Below, in pieces: positions 17,860-28,153 of a stretch of 36,518 nucleotides of DNA. The notes under the pieces were generated by a model. It had not been told where the DNA came from. It searched no databases and worked only from the letters and a program-made list of their open reading frames with translations. The stretch spans positions 1 to 36,518 of the forward strand of contig MGCX01000010.1 of assembly GCA_001788565.1 (NCBI GenBank), written 5' to 3'. The translations under genes were made by a program, and so were the position numbers. This stretch comes from Candidatus Saccharibacteria bacterium RIFCSPHIGHO2_12_FULL_49_19. Lineage in GTDB: Bacteria; Patescibacteriota; Saccharimonadia; Saccharimonadales; UBA10212. Position 1 is the first letter of the stretch; each line of letters starts with the position of its first letter.

Positions 17860-18444
17860 TTACTGGGTGTTTATCAAGGTTACGTCAAAGACCAGTGGAG
17901 TGTTAGGCGGTATAGAATATTTATCACATTTGGTGGGATCGGTTTCACTGACTTTTTCACAGGAGCCGACCGGCCCGTAAGCCATCTCGGCCGGGATCAT
18001 TAGGCGGCGAGTGCCACCGACTTTCATACCGGGAATACCCTTGGCCCAACCCTCAATAACTTGCCCTAAAGACAGCGTTATCGGTTCTCCGCCATCCAAA
18101 GAACTTTCAAATATTTCGCCGGTGGTGGCTAGGGCTCCAGTGTAATTAACGGTGATAGTCGATAGTGGATTAGCGGATGCTCCGTTACCTACTACCCCAT
18201 CAGCACACTGTAGTCTGGTCACCCTGTCAACAGGTGTGAAGTTCGGCAATTTTGTCCCTGCCAACCCGCTTCCGGCTACCTGAAGTTCCACGATCTTAGA
18301 ATCAGACGAACATTTGATGTTGGTAACGGTCTCATCCGGGGGATGGGTCGCTTGCCAAAAGCCCCATACTCCGACTCCTAAACCGGTAACCGCAAAAAGC
18401 ACTGCCAGTGACAACCAGCCGATACGCTTAAGGGTTTTGCTCAT
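17860..18444 (-). CDS. Membrane-anchored FKBP-type peptidyl-prolyl isomerase
   Basis: N-terminal TM; VNYTG, FESS, VIEGW, GMKVGGTRRLMIP, AYG, IPPNTPLVFDV. Confidence 0.93.
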   Translation of the reverse strand: MSKTLKRIGWLSLAVLFAVTGLGVGVWGFWQATHPPDETVTNIKCSSDSKIVELQVAGSGLAGTKLPNFTPVDRVTRLQCADGVVGNGASANPLSTITVNYTGALATTGEIFESSLDGGEPITLSLGQVIEGWAKGIPGMKVGGTRRLMIPAEMAYGPVGSCEKVSETDPTKCDKYSIPPNTPLVFDVTLINTQ

Positions 18445-18451
18445 AATCAGT

Positions 18452-21319
18452 TTACCTCCCTTGGCTAGTAGCCCGATTTTTTAATGTGAAGAAAACAATC
18501 ATCAAAATGGTTACCAGCAAAATAGCTGGTCCGATTAGCATGCTTGAGCCAGCCAGCGCCAATGTAGTAGAAAGACCGGTAATAACCAACAGCCACAGAC
18601 CAAAAATCCGGCGGCGGATTTTAAGACGGGCGTATTCAGCTCCCAAGTAGAAATAAGGAAAGACGGTAATCACCAACAGAGTTGAGGAAAGCAGCCCAAA
18701 GATGAGAGTAACCGTTAGCCCTTCCCAGAACGGGTCGGACAGATACAGCGGCACCATCGCCACGATAGCGGCGAAGCTTGTCGCCGCCAAAGGCCGGAAC
18801 CTTTCCTGTAATGATATGGCCACGGCATCAATCGCACTATGACCCTCCCGCTGAGCACGGTTAGCGTAATCAGTCAGCAAAATCGTGTTCTTGATACTTA
18901 AGCCTAGTAGCGCAAAGAACGCCAACATAGTAAAGAAGCTAAAGGCGTTGTCGGTGACCCACAGCCCACCAGTGATGCCAAACAAGCTGAATGGTACGGC
19001 CAAGAAGATAAGTGCCGGTTGGAGTAGGGATCTGAACTGAACTACCATAAGGATGTAAATCGCTATCAGCAGTATCGGGAAAGCTATGACCATGGTATTG
19101 AACGAGTTCTGGAAATCTTCTTCAGTCCCGATGTCGAACTTAATGACCCCCGGCTTTAGACCGAATTGTGCCAACTTATCACTGTCGTACTCTTTAGTGA
19201 CAGCATCTTCGCTCAGAGCGACCAGTGTCGATGTATCCTCACCGTCGAACTCGCCGGCCGAAACACTGATATATATCTTGCCGTCACGGCGGGTCAGAAA
19301 ATCCGGGCTAGAAACAGTGACTGATTTTAGATGAGCCTTGGAACCATCTAGGCGCTTTAGTTCCACGGTTTCCAAAAACTTGCGTAAATCCTCAGCTAGC
19401 GTAAAGCCAGTTGTCCGATCTTCGGTTTCCACACGCACCGTGAAGGCCGCAGTCGGCGGGCCGACATCTATTTGGCCAACCTTGACTCGGGCTCCTTCAA
19501 AACCCTGGAAAGACCGCTCCAGTTCATCAGCCAGTTGGGGAGCGGTAATGTCACGCTCTTTAAAAGATGTAAGGTCAATGTACAGACTGGCCATCTGCTG
19601 GGTGCCGGTATTGTAATAGCTTGCTCTTTTAAAGTTAGAGCTGATTTCTTCACCAATGATCTGATCGGCCCGGTCGGCTACGCTTTGGACCTCGCCAATA
19701 TCCATGCCGGAGTCAAATGTCAGCTGAGCCAGCATCTGGTCGCTGTCCTTAGTCGGGGCAAAAATATTGAACGGGATCTTCTGGAACATAAAAAGACCAG
19801 CTCCTATAAACACCAATCCGACAATTACCGCCGTCATCCCCAACCCGAACTGATGAACTCTGGAGTGTTTCATCCATAGTAATGGTCTAGCCAATGCTGT
19901 GGCAATGAAGCGCTCTAGGTGATGGGCCACTGATTCTTTCCTGTGACCCACTCCCATCTGACGTGGCCGTAGCAATAGATATTTAGCCAGCACCGGGATA
20001 AAGGTCAGAGCCACTATCAAGCTGACTAGCAGTGCCAGAATAACGGTCACCGGAATCGCTCTGATAAAGCCTCCCAGGATGCCGCCTACAAAAATTAATG
20101 GTGCAAAGCCAATAGTCGCGGTTAGAGTGGCAGCTACCATGACCCGGGCAATTTTTTTAGCGGCTTTCTCGATGGTTTGCCGGGCTCGCTGTGATCGCCG
20201 TCTCTCGGCGTCGATGGCTTCGACCATGATGATGGTGTCGTCAACGATCAGCGCCAAACACAGGATTAGTGAAAAGAGCGTAATAGTGTTAAGTGAGTAA
20301 CCAATGGCCAGCAGCACCGCCAGCGTGGCTAAGATCACCGTCACCATGGAGCTAACTGTAATAATGGATGCCCGGATAGCTATCAGAATGGCGCTGACCA
20401 CCAAAACTGCCAGCAGTCCTTCCAACAGGGAGCGCTGGAGACCATCGATCTGGTCACTGATTGCTGGCGCGTTGCTATAGCTGACCTGGGCTTCAAAATC
20501 TCCAAAGTCAGGTGAACTATTTAGTCTCTCTACTGCCGCTCGTACCTCTCTGTCCAGGGTCAGAACATCAAAGCCCTTTACACCTTGGATGCCAATCTCC
20601 ACCGACTCGTAAAATACACTCTGATCTTGGTCGCGGAATCCAAAGCGATCGAACGTCTTTTGACTGACTTCCTCATGACCATTATCCGGATTAGTGCCGC
20701 GGACATACGGGTCGATCAGTTCAGCCAAACCAATAGACGGTGTACTGGGACTATCTTTGATAAAGGCGGCGGCTTCCTTGCCTTTTTCGGCTAGCTCGGT
20801 GGTGCTAACGTTACCACTTGTTGCGTAAAAAGCCACTAGCATATCGTCGCCGCGCTCGTTGATTTCCGGGCTTAAAGACTTAAACTCAGCCAGGGCTTCC
20901 TTAGGTAGCACCTCGGCATCCATTACGGTTTTTTCTACTGCGGCATTACCGGACTCGGAGGTAGTTCCCTCCTCATACTGGATAACGATATTAAAAAAGT
21001 TAGCGCCGGATTGAGAGTCAACAAACTTAACCCCATCTAGCTTGGTCACTATTTCGCTGACAGGTTTGGCGACGTCCTGGTCCACCTTGGCGGCATCATC
21101 AACTAGATAGGCGCCGCTGATGAAGCTGTAGCCAATGCTTACATCCGGAAAGCCCTCGCGCTTTAAAAACGTCGTATAGCTGGCGATCCCCAGCGTAAGG
21201 ACAACCAGCCAAAGTGATAGCGTAAAGCGTGGGCGATCAAAGAAGAAGAGACTGATTCTAGCAAACAGCGGTAAGCGCTCACTACTGCCACGAGCTGATC
21301 TTTTTGATCTCCTCAACAA
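18452..21319 (-). CDS. RND (AcrB/AcrD/AcrF family) transporter
   Basis: REGFP, LNTITLF, IVDDTIIMVE, PFSLFG, KNTILL, ERFRP; TTG start after GGGAGG. Confidence 0.92.
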   Translation of the reverse strand: MLRRSKRSARGSSERLPLFARISLFFFDRPRFTLSLWLVVLTLGIASYTTFLKREGFPDVSIGYSFISGAYLVDDAAKVDQDVAKPVSEIVTKLDGVKFVDSQSGANFFNIVIQYEEGTTSESGNAAVEKTVMDAEVLPKEALAEFKSLSPEINERGDDMLVAFYATSGNVSTTELAEKGKEAAAFIKDSPSTPSIGLAELIDPYVRGTNPDNGHEEVSQKTFDRFGFRDQDQSVFYESVEIGIQGVKGFDVLTLDREVRAAVERLNSSPDFGDFEAQVSYSNAPAISDQIDGLQRSLLEGLLAVLVVSAILIAIRASIITVSSMVTVILATLAVLLAIGYSLNTITLFSLILCLALIVDDTIIMVEAIDAERRRSQRARQTIEKAAKKIARVMVAATLTATIGFAPLIFVGGILGGFIRAIPVTVILALLVSLIVALTFIPVLAKYLLLRPRQMGVGHRKESVAHHLERFIATALARPLLWMKHSRVHQFGLGMTAVIVGLVFIGAGLFMFQKIPFNIFAPTKDSDQMLAQLTFDSGMDIGEVQSVADRADQIIGEEISSNFKRASYYNTGTQQMASLYIDLTSFKERDITAPQLADELERSFQGFEGARVKVGQIDVGPPTAAFTVRVETEDRTTGFTLAEDLRKFLETVELKRLDGSKAHLKSVTVSSPDFLTRRDGKIYISVSAGEFDGEDTSTLVALSEDAVTKEYDSDKLAQFGLKPGVIKFDIGTEEDFQNSFNTMVIAFPILLIAIYILMVVQFRSLLQPALIFLAVPFSLFGITGGLWVTDNAFSFFTMLAFFALLGLSIKNTILLTDYANRAQREGHSAIDAVAISLQERFRPLAATSFAAIVAMVPLYLSDPFWEGLTVTLIFGLLSSTLLVITVFPYFYLGAEYARLKIRRRIFGLWLLVITGLSTTLALAGSSMLIGPAILLVTILMIVFFTLKNRATSQGR

Positions 21320-21385
21320 CGACCCTCCCGAGTTTACGGTTATCTACTTTACTTAAGGCCAGTTTAGCATAGCGGGCTTTTAGGG

Positions 21386-23857
21386 TTAGACCCGGGCCGC
21401 CTTCAAGCGATTTTTAGCTTCCTTAGACAGCTGGTCTATAAGCTCATTTACTTCTGCGGTAGTAAGGGTGCGACCAGGATGCCATAATCTAATCCGCCAA
21501 GTGGTTTGTTTGTAAGACTTGTCTTTGGGACGCTGGAAAATATCTAGTGGGAAAATGTCAAAGCCGTAGCCATGCTTGGCGGAAGCTTTATCGAGTTGCT
21601 TCTTTAAAAACTCGAGTAAAGCGGCATATGTCAATTTGGTAGTTGAGCGCAAACACAGATCTTGATCCAAGCTCGGAAAACGATTGATCGACTGATAGCT
21701 AGGTGGTGAAGATAGGTTCACTAGCTTGTTGCTATGTAGAGCGAATCCGGCGCAATATCTTGGTAATTTTAGAGCGGAACTGACAGATTGTTTAAACTCG
21801 CCAACACGTCCGATCTTCTGCCCGTTGACTGTTATCAACGCTGTTCTATCCGAGTCATAGTAGGTAGCGGTCTTAGAGGTTTTTTGACGATCAATCGGCT
21901 CATAAAATACGCCGCCGATACCCAGTTCATCAAGTAAATAGTCACAGATCTTTCTAGCCGCAAAGTAGGGTGCCCCCGGCTTGGCATCTTTTGATGCCAC
22001 AACCACTGCGATACGATCCAGTTCCTTCGGGAGGCCGTCACGGTCAGTGGCGCCCTTAAAGTGCTCCTTACCGATCTCGAATAAAGCGAACTCGCCGAAA
22101 CCAGCTCGAATATTGGGTTGAACTTTCTCAAGTAGGCTGGGAATGATGCTTAGGCGATAGTATTGGAGGTCGGGGCTTAGTGCGTTTCGAATGTGGTAGG
22201 CATTTTTGGGATCCTGCCCCACTTTCTTAAGCAAAGACTCGTGTACGAAACTATAGGTTAGCACTTCGTTGGCGCCAGCTGAGGATAGGGTTCGGCGGAC
22301 GCGCGATTTAAAGCTGATCGATGGATCTAACTTAGCCGGGGTCAAATCGCGCGGCGGCAGTTCTTGCGGCAAATGATCGTAGCCGTACAAGCGGCCTATT
22401 TCCTCGACGATATCTTCAGGGATCGCCAAATCGGTCCGCCAAAATGGCACGTTGCTGCTGAATTTAGATCCGGATGGCTTAGTTTCTACCTCGACGTTAT
22501 TGAGCAAAGCGGCCATCTGAGCCGAAGATAACTTTAGACCCAAGCGCAGGTTGACAAAATCACTGCTGGTATTAATACGTTGCAACTGGGGCAGCTTACT
22601 TTTATCGTCAATCAGCGGCGAAGCTAAATTCCCACCCGCCAGCCGTAGGATATCTTCAGCGGCCTTAGTGATAACTGCCGGGTTTTGCAGCGGGCTCTGA
22701 TTCTTAGTAAAGCGGGTGGCCGCATCAGTGAATAGACCATATTCCATAGCCGCATTGCGCACCGCGTTCATGTCGAAATTAGCACACTCCAGCACAATAT
22801 TCTTGGTATCGTCATCAACCTCGGTACCCGCTCCACCCATTACACCCCCTAAGCCGACAGCTTTCACGGCATCAGCGATAATGATTGTGCCCTTGTGTAA
22901 GCTAAGGTTTTTTCCGCCCAAGACCGTCAAGCCTTCTCCCTCCTTGGGATATCGAATGACCAAGCTCCCGCCCGCCAATTTGTCATAGTCGTAAGCGTGG
23001 AGCGGTTGGCCGGTTTCATACATCACGAAATTGGTAAGGTCAACCACGTTATTTACGGGGCGTATGCCGACACGCATCAGATAAGATTGTAGCCATACCG
23101 GACTTGGTCCAACACTAACGTTGGCAATGCTTAGCGCACAGAATCTTGGAACTAGCCGGGGCAAATCGTTTTTTACCTGCAAGTTCAGTTGGGCAGTTGT
23201 GGACTGTGCATCAATTAGCTTGGGGTTTAGGTACCATGACGGCGAATGAAATGCAGTGTTTTGAATCCCGGAAATTTCACGGGCGATACCCAACATTCCA
23301 AAAAGGTCTGGCCGGTGGGTAAACATCTTATTTTCGATATCAATGATATGATCATCCAGTTTGTAGGCTTTGGTAAACGAGGTGCCGGGTATAATATCTT
23401 CATCTATTGCCAGTAGCCCACTATGATCGCCGCCAAAGCCTAGTTCTTTTGGACTGGCCAGCATACCGTGGCTCACCACTCCGCGGATCTCTTTAGCCTC
23501 AATAACTAGCGGCTCTTTATCAAATGTTGACGGCACCGTCACGCCGGGTGGTATCCAAGCTGTCAGCATGCCAATCTCAACATTAGGGGCTCCGCAAACT
23601 ACCTGAGCATAGCCCTGGGTATCCCGAGAGACTTTTTTCACGACACCGCCGTCATCGATTTTACAGACTGTTAATTTATCGGAATTGGGATGCCTGTCAG
23701 AGGTTATCACCCGTGCTACAATAATCCCTTGGTAGCGCTTGCCAATATCAATCACTTCTTCGACGGCCCCCAGCTGAGCCCCAATTTTTTCAACCAGCTT
23801 ATCTATTGGTAGCTCAATATCCGTGAACTGCTTGACCCAGTTAACGCTAACCTTCAT
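21386..23857 (-). CDS. pheT: Phenylalanine-tRNA ligase beta subunit
   Basis: HPNSDKL, VVCGAPN, GQPLHAYD, LECANF, RTDLAIPEDIVEEIGRLYGY, C-terminal anticodon-binding domain. Confidence 0.97.
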   Translation of the reverse strand: MKVSVNWVKQFTDIELPIDKLVEKIGAQLGAVEEVIDIGKRYQGIIVARVITSDRHPNSDKLTVCKIDDGGVVKKVSRDTQGYAQVVCGAPNVEIGMLTAWIPPGVTVPSTFDKEPLVIEAKEIRGVVSHGMLASPKELGFGGDHSGLLAIDEDIIPGTSFTKAYKLDDHIIDIENKMFTHRPDLFGMLGIAREISGIQNTAFHSPSWYLNPKLIDAQSTTAQLNLQVKNDLPRLVPRFCALSIANVSVGPSPVWLQSYLMRVGIRPVNNVVDLTNFVMYETGQPLHAYDYDKLAGGSLVIRYPKEGEGLTVLGGKNLSLHKGTIIIADAVKAVGLGGVMGGAGTEVDDDTKNIVLECANFDMNAVRNAAMEYGLFTDAATRFTKNQSPLQNPAVITKAAEDILRLAGGNLASPLIDDKSKLPQLQRINTSSDFVNLRLGLKLSSAQMAALLNNVEVETKPSGSKFSSNVPFWRTDLAIPEDIVEEIGRLYGYDHLPQELPPRDLTPAKLDPSISFKSRVRRTLSSAGANEVLTYSFVHESLLKKVGQDPKNAYHIRNALSPDLQYYRLSIIPSLLEKVQPNIRAGFGEFALFEIGKEHFKGATDRDGLPKELDRIAVVVASKDAKPGAPYFAARKICDYLLDELGIGGVFYEPIDRQKTSKTATYYDSDRTALITVNGQKIGRVGEFKQSVSSALKLPRYCAGFALHSNKLVNLSSPPSYQSINRFPSLDQDLCLRSTTKLTYAALLEFLKKQLDKASAKHGYGFDIFPLDIFQRPKDKSYKQTTWRIRLWHPGRTLTTAEVNELIDQLSKEAKNRLKAARV

Positions 23858-24882
23858 CGAAATTGCCTCAAGAATTTTAGACTACCGCTGTGAAAGTGAC
23901 GAATATCCTCGATGCCGTACTTCATCATTACCAAGCGGTCGATCCCACCGCCCCAGGCGAAACCGGTGTATCTAGCCGGGTCAATCTTGGCTTCAGCAAG
24001 AACATTGGGATGTATCATCCCGCAGCCCAGTATTTCCATCCAGCCCGTAAACTTACAGACAGCACATCCCTTTTTACGGCAAAAGGGGCAGCTCATCGCA
24101 AACTCAAAGCTGGGCTCGGTAAACGGAAAGTAAAAGGGCTGGGTTTTGACCTCTAGGGCCTGCTCATAGAACTCTTCCAAAAAAGTTTTCAAGGTGGCTA
24201 TCAAGTGACCAGCATTGATTCCACGGTCCACATAAACCCCCTCCAGCTGATAGAAAGTGTGCTCGTGCGTAGCATCGACGTCTTCATTCCTAAAAACCCT
24301 TCCAGGGATAACGACCCGGATAGCCTTGCCGGCTTCCAACTCTTTCTTACCGGCTCGCAAGACCCGGTTTTGCATAGTTGAGGTATGGGCCGGAGCTAGA
24401 TACCCCTCATCAGTCACAAAAGAATCATAGTCATCGCGAGCCGGATGTCCTTCGGGGAAATTTAGGCTTTTAAACATATGGTAATCATCGTCGAGTTCGG
24501 GGGACTCAACGGCTGTGAAACCCATGCGGGAGTAGATATTTAGAACAGTCTGTAACTCTATGCTTATTGGGTGACGGCTGCCCGACTTAGCTGGTAGTAA
24601 AGCTGGCGGTGGTGAGTTAATGTCAAATGGCGCGGTGACATCAATAGGGTTTAGCTCAACCCTTGGTTCCCTAGCCGCCCCTACCCAGCCTTCGACCTCC
24701 GCTTTCAGTTGGTTAACGTCCTTACCAAAACTGGCCCGTTGATCGGGGGGTATGATTTTCAAGCGCTTGTAAAGAGCGGTTAGCTCCGGTGCTCGCCGGA
24801 TGGATGATTTATCATCGAGCTTGGCAAAGCGTGTTTTTAACTGCTTAGCGGCCCGTTGCACTTCCCCGTTTTTATAGGCCAT
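23854..24882 (-). CDS. pheS: Phenylalanine-tRNA ligase alpha subunit
   Basis: HPARD, HTS, FRNEDVDATHEHTFYQLEG, YFPFTEPS, GCGMIHPNV, GFAWG. Confidence 0.98.
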   Translation of the reverse strand: MAYKNGEVQRAAKQLKTRFAKLDDKSSIRRAPELTALYKRLKIIPPDQRASFGKDVNQLKAEVEGWVGAAREPRVELNPIDVTAPFDINSPPPALLPAKSGSRHPISIELQTVLNIYSRMGFTAVESPELDDDYHMFKSLNFPEGHPARDDYDSFVTDEGYLAPAHTSTMQNRVLRAGKKELEAGKAIRVVIPGRVFRNEDVDATHEHTFYQLEGVYVDRGINAGHLIATLKTFLEEFYEQALEVKTQPFYFPFTEPSFEFAMSCPFCRKKGCAVCKFTGWMEILGCGMIHPNVLAEAKIDPARYTGFAWGGGIDRLVMMKYGIEDIRHFHSGSLKFLRQFR

Positions 24883-24885
24883 AAC

Positions 24886-24944
24886 TTGCTATAAGTATAG
24901 CAACCCGACTCCGGCGCGGCTACATATCTGATCACTGATATACT
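24886..24944. promoter_or_regulatory. Divergent extended -10 promoters for pheS and GH63
   Basis: TGcTATACT on minus (24894-24902) inside palindrome TTGCTATA-AG-TATAGCAA; TGaTATACT on plus (24936-24944), 8 nt before ATG 24953. Confidence 0.65.
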
Positions 24945-24952
24945 TTAGGGAT

Positions 24953-26281
24953 ATGACAGAGACAAACACACCGGATCTGTTGGAGATAGCCAAAAAAGTT
25001 CTCAAAAAGAATGACCGCGGCCAATGGACTGTTCCGGCCCCAGAGTTATACCCTCACCAGTGGTTATGGGATAGCTGTTTTATAGCCATTGGTCTACGTC
25101 ATCTTGATATCGAACGATCCCAAACTGAGCTGACTAGCTTACTACGCGGCCAATGGAGCAATGGTATGCTGCCAAATATCATCTTCTCTAAAGATGCCCA
25201 GTATCATGAGGACCGTGAGCTATGGAGCAGCCGAGTTAATCCTTATTCCCCGGCCGACATCGCAACAAGTGGTATAACTCAGCCGCCAATGCTGGCCGAG
25301 GCGACCGTTCGGGTCGGTGAGAAACTTAAAATGCCGGATCGGCGCAGTTGGTACCAGCAGATGTATCCGGCGCTTTTGGAATACCACCAATGGCTTTATC
25401 GGGAACGTGATCCGCACAAGGAAGGACTAATTATTCTAGTGCACCCTTACGAGTCCGGGCTCGATAATTCTCCACCCTGGATCTCCGAGCTTCGTAAGCA
25501 CAGTATGCCCAAATGGGTCAGACTATTCGAAAAACTGCATCTGGACTTTATCGTCAACTTTTTCCGCCGCGACACCCGTCATGTGCCGGCAGGCCAGCGC
25601 ATTAGTAATGTCGAAGCACTAGCCTACTGGGCGGCGCTACGCCGTCTACGGCGTAAAGCATATAACTGGGAGGCTATTTTGAGTCGTTCTTTGTTCGCGG
25701 TGGAAGACCTGGCCTTTAACGCGATACTTATCAGGGCCAATCAGCTATTAACCCAGATTGCTAAAACTATTGGTGAAGAGTTGCCAGCGGAACTAACTAA
25801 AGCTATGGCTCGTTCCGAGAAAGCACTGGAACAGCTTTGGGATGAGGACGCCGGGCAATACTACACCCGCAGTTTCATCAGCCACAAACTGGTTCAGGAT
25901 TCTACAGTGGCCTCTCTTTTACCCCTATATGCCGGCTGCGTCAGTCAGGAGCGGGCTAAGATGTTGCTGAACGCCCTGTATTCACCGAAAAAATTCGGAC
26001 TTCGCTGGCCGGTCCCCAGCGTGCCAAAGGACTCCCCGTATTTCAATGAATTAAAATATTGGCAGGGTCCAACCTGGATAAATATCAATTGGCTGATTAT
26101 TGACGGGTTGGAGCGTTACGGATTTACCGCCGAGGCTCAGATGCTTCGCGAGCGCACCTTAGAACTGCTCAGAAATAGTGGTATGAACGAATATTTCAGC
26201 CCGCTTTCCGGCTCACCCGCGGGCACCGAAAATTTTTCCTGGACCGCCGCTTTGGCGGTAGATCTCCTAAAAACCAGCTAG
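24953..26281 (+). CDS. GH63-like glycoside hydrolase (glucosyl/mannosylglycerate hydrolase-like)
   Basis: YPHQWLWDSCF, ITQPP, ESGLDNSP, YWQGPTWININW, EYF, FSWTAA. Confidence 0.88.
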   Translation: MTETNTPDLLEIAKKVLKKNDRGQWTVPAPELYPHQWLWDSCFIAIGLRHLDIERSQTELTSLLRGQWSNGMLPNIIFSKDAQYHEDRELWSSRVNPYSPADIATSGITQPPMLAEATVRVGEKLKMPDRRSWYQQMYPALLEYHQWLYRERDPHKEGLIILVHPYESGLDNSPPWISELRKHSMPKWVRLFEKLHLDFIVNFFRRDTRHVPAGQRISNVEALAYWAALRRLRRKAYNWEAILSRSLFAVEDLAFNAILIRANQLLTQIAKTIGEELPAELTKAMARSEKALEQLWDEDAGQYYTRSFISHKLVQDSTVASLLPLYAGCVSQERAKMLLNALYSPKKFGLRWPVPSVPKDSPYFNELKYWQGPTWININWLIIDGLERYGFTAEAQMLRERTLELLRNSGMNEYFSPLSGSPAGTENFSWTAALAVDLLKTS

Positions 26282-27339
26282 TCTTCAAGGTTGGGTTTGT
26301 CTAGCAACATCGGCTCGACGCCCGGTTTGGTGTCAGCGATTTTTACGATATCTTTGTCTATTTTACCGAGTTCCTTATACGTTGTGTTGTAGTGCCCAAC
26401 CGTGGTTCCCAGGGAGTTGCCTAACCTTATCATGTGATTATTATGAGCTATTAGATGCTTACTGAGCTGCTCGATGTTCTTTCTAATTTTCTCGGTATCT
26501 TTTTGAATCTCAATAGATCGCAAACCTTGAACAATAGTCTGGAGCATGGCTGATAGAGTACTGGGTCCAACGATAGTCACTTTCTTCTCCGCCGCGGCGT
26601 ACTGAATTAAGTCTCGACCGCTGACGCCGGCAGCACCTACCTTATTGGCTAACAGGTCATAGTAAATACCCTCCGATGGTATGAACATTAGCGCTTGATC
26701 AAGCGTGCCTTTACCCGGCTTGATATATTTGGCGGTTTCATCAATCCGTCGCTTCAAATCCTCTTTAAAAGCTCGCTCTAAGCCTGCCCGCTCTTCGGGT
26801 TTAGCTTCCACCAGCCGGTTGTAATTTTCCAAAGAGAATTTAGAGTCGATCGGGAGCAGTTTATCATCAAGCAAAATGACCGCATCAACGGTTACCCCTT
26901 CGCCCAGCTTGTACTGTAGCTTATAGCTGCCGGGCGGCAGGAGGTTTTTTAAAATCTGCTCCAGGTAGTATTCACCCAATACTCCGCGCTGCTTAGGATT
27001 TTGTAAAACATTTTGCAGACTTTTGAGCTCACCAGCGATATCGCCGACACTTTTGTTAGTGCGCTCTAGGTTGGTTAGTTGACGGGTAACCTCACGGACC
27101 ATTTTGGTGCTTTCCGAAAACTGTGCTGCCATTTGTTTATTGCTTTGCCCCAGCTGTTCGGTCAACTGCTTTTGCAAACTGTCTTTGAGCTTCTCTACCG
27201 ATTGATTCAGTTGGGCCATGTCGGCCTTAAGCAACATAGAAGCTTCGCCGCCGATAGATTTGGGACGCGTCAAAAACCACACCAGCGCCAAAAGTAGCGC
27301 CGTGCAAATAACTCCAAGAGCAATAACTGCCACCAGCAT
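26278..27339 (-). CDS. rmuC: DNA recombination protein RmuC
   Basis: N-terminal TM and coiled coil; NPKQRGVLGE, IDSKF, KYI, MFIPSE, GPSTL; TACAAT 6 nt before ATG. Confidence 0.93.
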   Translation of the reverse strand: MLVAVIALGVICTALLLALVWFLTRPKSIGGEASMLLKADMAQLNQSVEKLKDSLQKQLTEQLGQSNKQMAAQFSESTKMVREVTRQLTNLERTNKSVGDIAGELKSLQNVLQNPKQRGVLGEYYLEQILKNLLPPGSYKLQYKLGEGVTVDAVILLDDKLLPIDSKFSLENYNRLVEAKPEERAGLERAFKEDLKRRIDETAKYIKPGKGTLDQALMFIPSEGIYYDLLANKVGAAGVSGRDLIQYAAAEKKVTIVGPSTLSAMLQTIVQGLRSIEIQKDTEKIRKNIEQLSKHLIAHNNHMIRLGNSLGTTVGHYNTTYKELGKIDKDIVKIADTKPGVEPMLLDKPNLED

Positions 27340-27364
27340 GTTTATATTGTACCCCTAGGAGGCA

Positions 27365-28093
27365 CTAGTCAGCCAACCGGGTCACACCAAACATAAAGAT
27401 GGCACCCAGGATGGTAAGTACCAACGTCAGCCGGGTTGATTTCTTGCTGTGGGCCTGGGGTAGGATATCGCTGGCGGCGATGTAAAGAATAAAGCCGGCA
27501 AAGAAACCTAGATAAATAGCCAAGGTTGTTCCCGGAAGAGTGAACAGAAAACTAGATAACACACCGACTATTGGAGCAAGCCCAACCAGTGCCAAAAATT
27601 TAAGCGTCCTGGATCGATCATTTTTGTGCAGCAGCATTAGATTTACACTGTTGAATCCATCGGCAAAGCGATGGCCAACCACCGCGATAGCTACTGCGAT
27701 ACCAACGGCCTCACTGACCTGAAAAGCAATCCCAATACTTAGCCCGTCCAAAAAGCTATGCCCCACTAGAGCCAGCGAGCTGACCATGCCGACTTGAGGG
27801 TGCGTGTGGATCAAGTAGTCCCGTTCATGGGAATGATGTATTAAGATATATCGCTCAATGGTGTGAAATAACAAAAACCCAACTGCAAAAGCGATCATCG
27901 GCCAGATAATATCAAGCGCATTGGCTCCGCTGATCTCAAAAATTTCCGGGAGCAAATCAAAAGCCACTAGACCGAGAAGGGCCCCGGCTGTGAAACCTAG
28001 TGTCAAATTGAGCTGGCGCTTTTCACCTAGTGCCAACAATCCGCCACCCACGGCTGCTGCGGCCGAAATAATAGCTAGGAGTATGGCTAGCAT
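27365..28093 (-). CDS. ZIP family metal (zinc) transporter
   Basis: FTAGALL..DLLPE, His-rich loop, HSFLDG, HRFADG, DILPQAH. Confidence 0.92.
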   Translation of the reverse strand: MLAILLAIISAAAAVGGGLLALGEKRQLNLTLGFTAGALLGLVAFDLLPEIFEISGANALDIIWPMIAFAVGFLLFHTIERYILIHHSHERDYLIHTHPQVGMVSSLALVGHSFLDGLSIGIAFQVSEAVGIAVAIAVVGHRFADGFNSVNLMLLHKNDRSRTLKFLALVGLAPIVGVLSSFLFTLPGTTLAIYLGFFAGFILYIAASDILPQAHSKKSTRLTLVLTILGAIFMFGVTRLAD

Positions 28094-28100
28094 CTGTTAA

Positions 28101-28153
28101 ATCCTAGTAAATATTGGCAAGAATTGCAAATTTGTCGCAATTTCTGCTAAAAT
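28101..28153. promoter_or_regulatory. Divergent promoters and palindromic Fur/Zur-type operator
   Basis: AATTGC-aaatttgtc-GCAATT (28122-42); TTGCAA-N17-TAGGAT on minus; TTGCAA-N18-TAAAAT on plus. Confidence 0.72.

Noticed and set aside
24050-24095. CxxC-x3-CxxC in PheS
   Set aside because: A common feature of many bacterial PheS proteins
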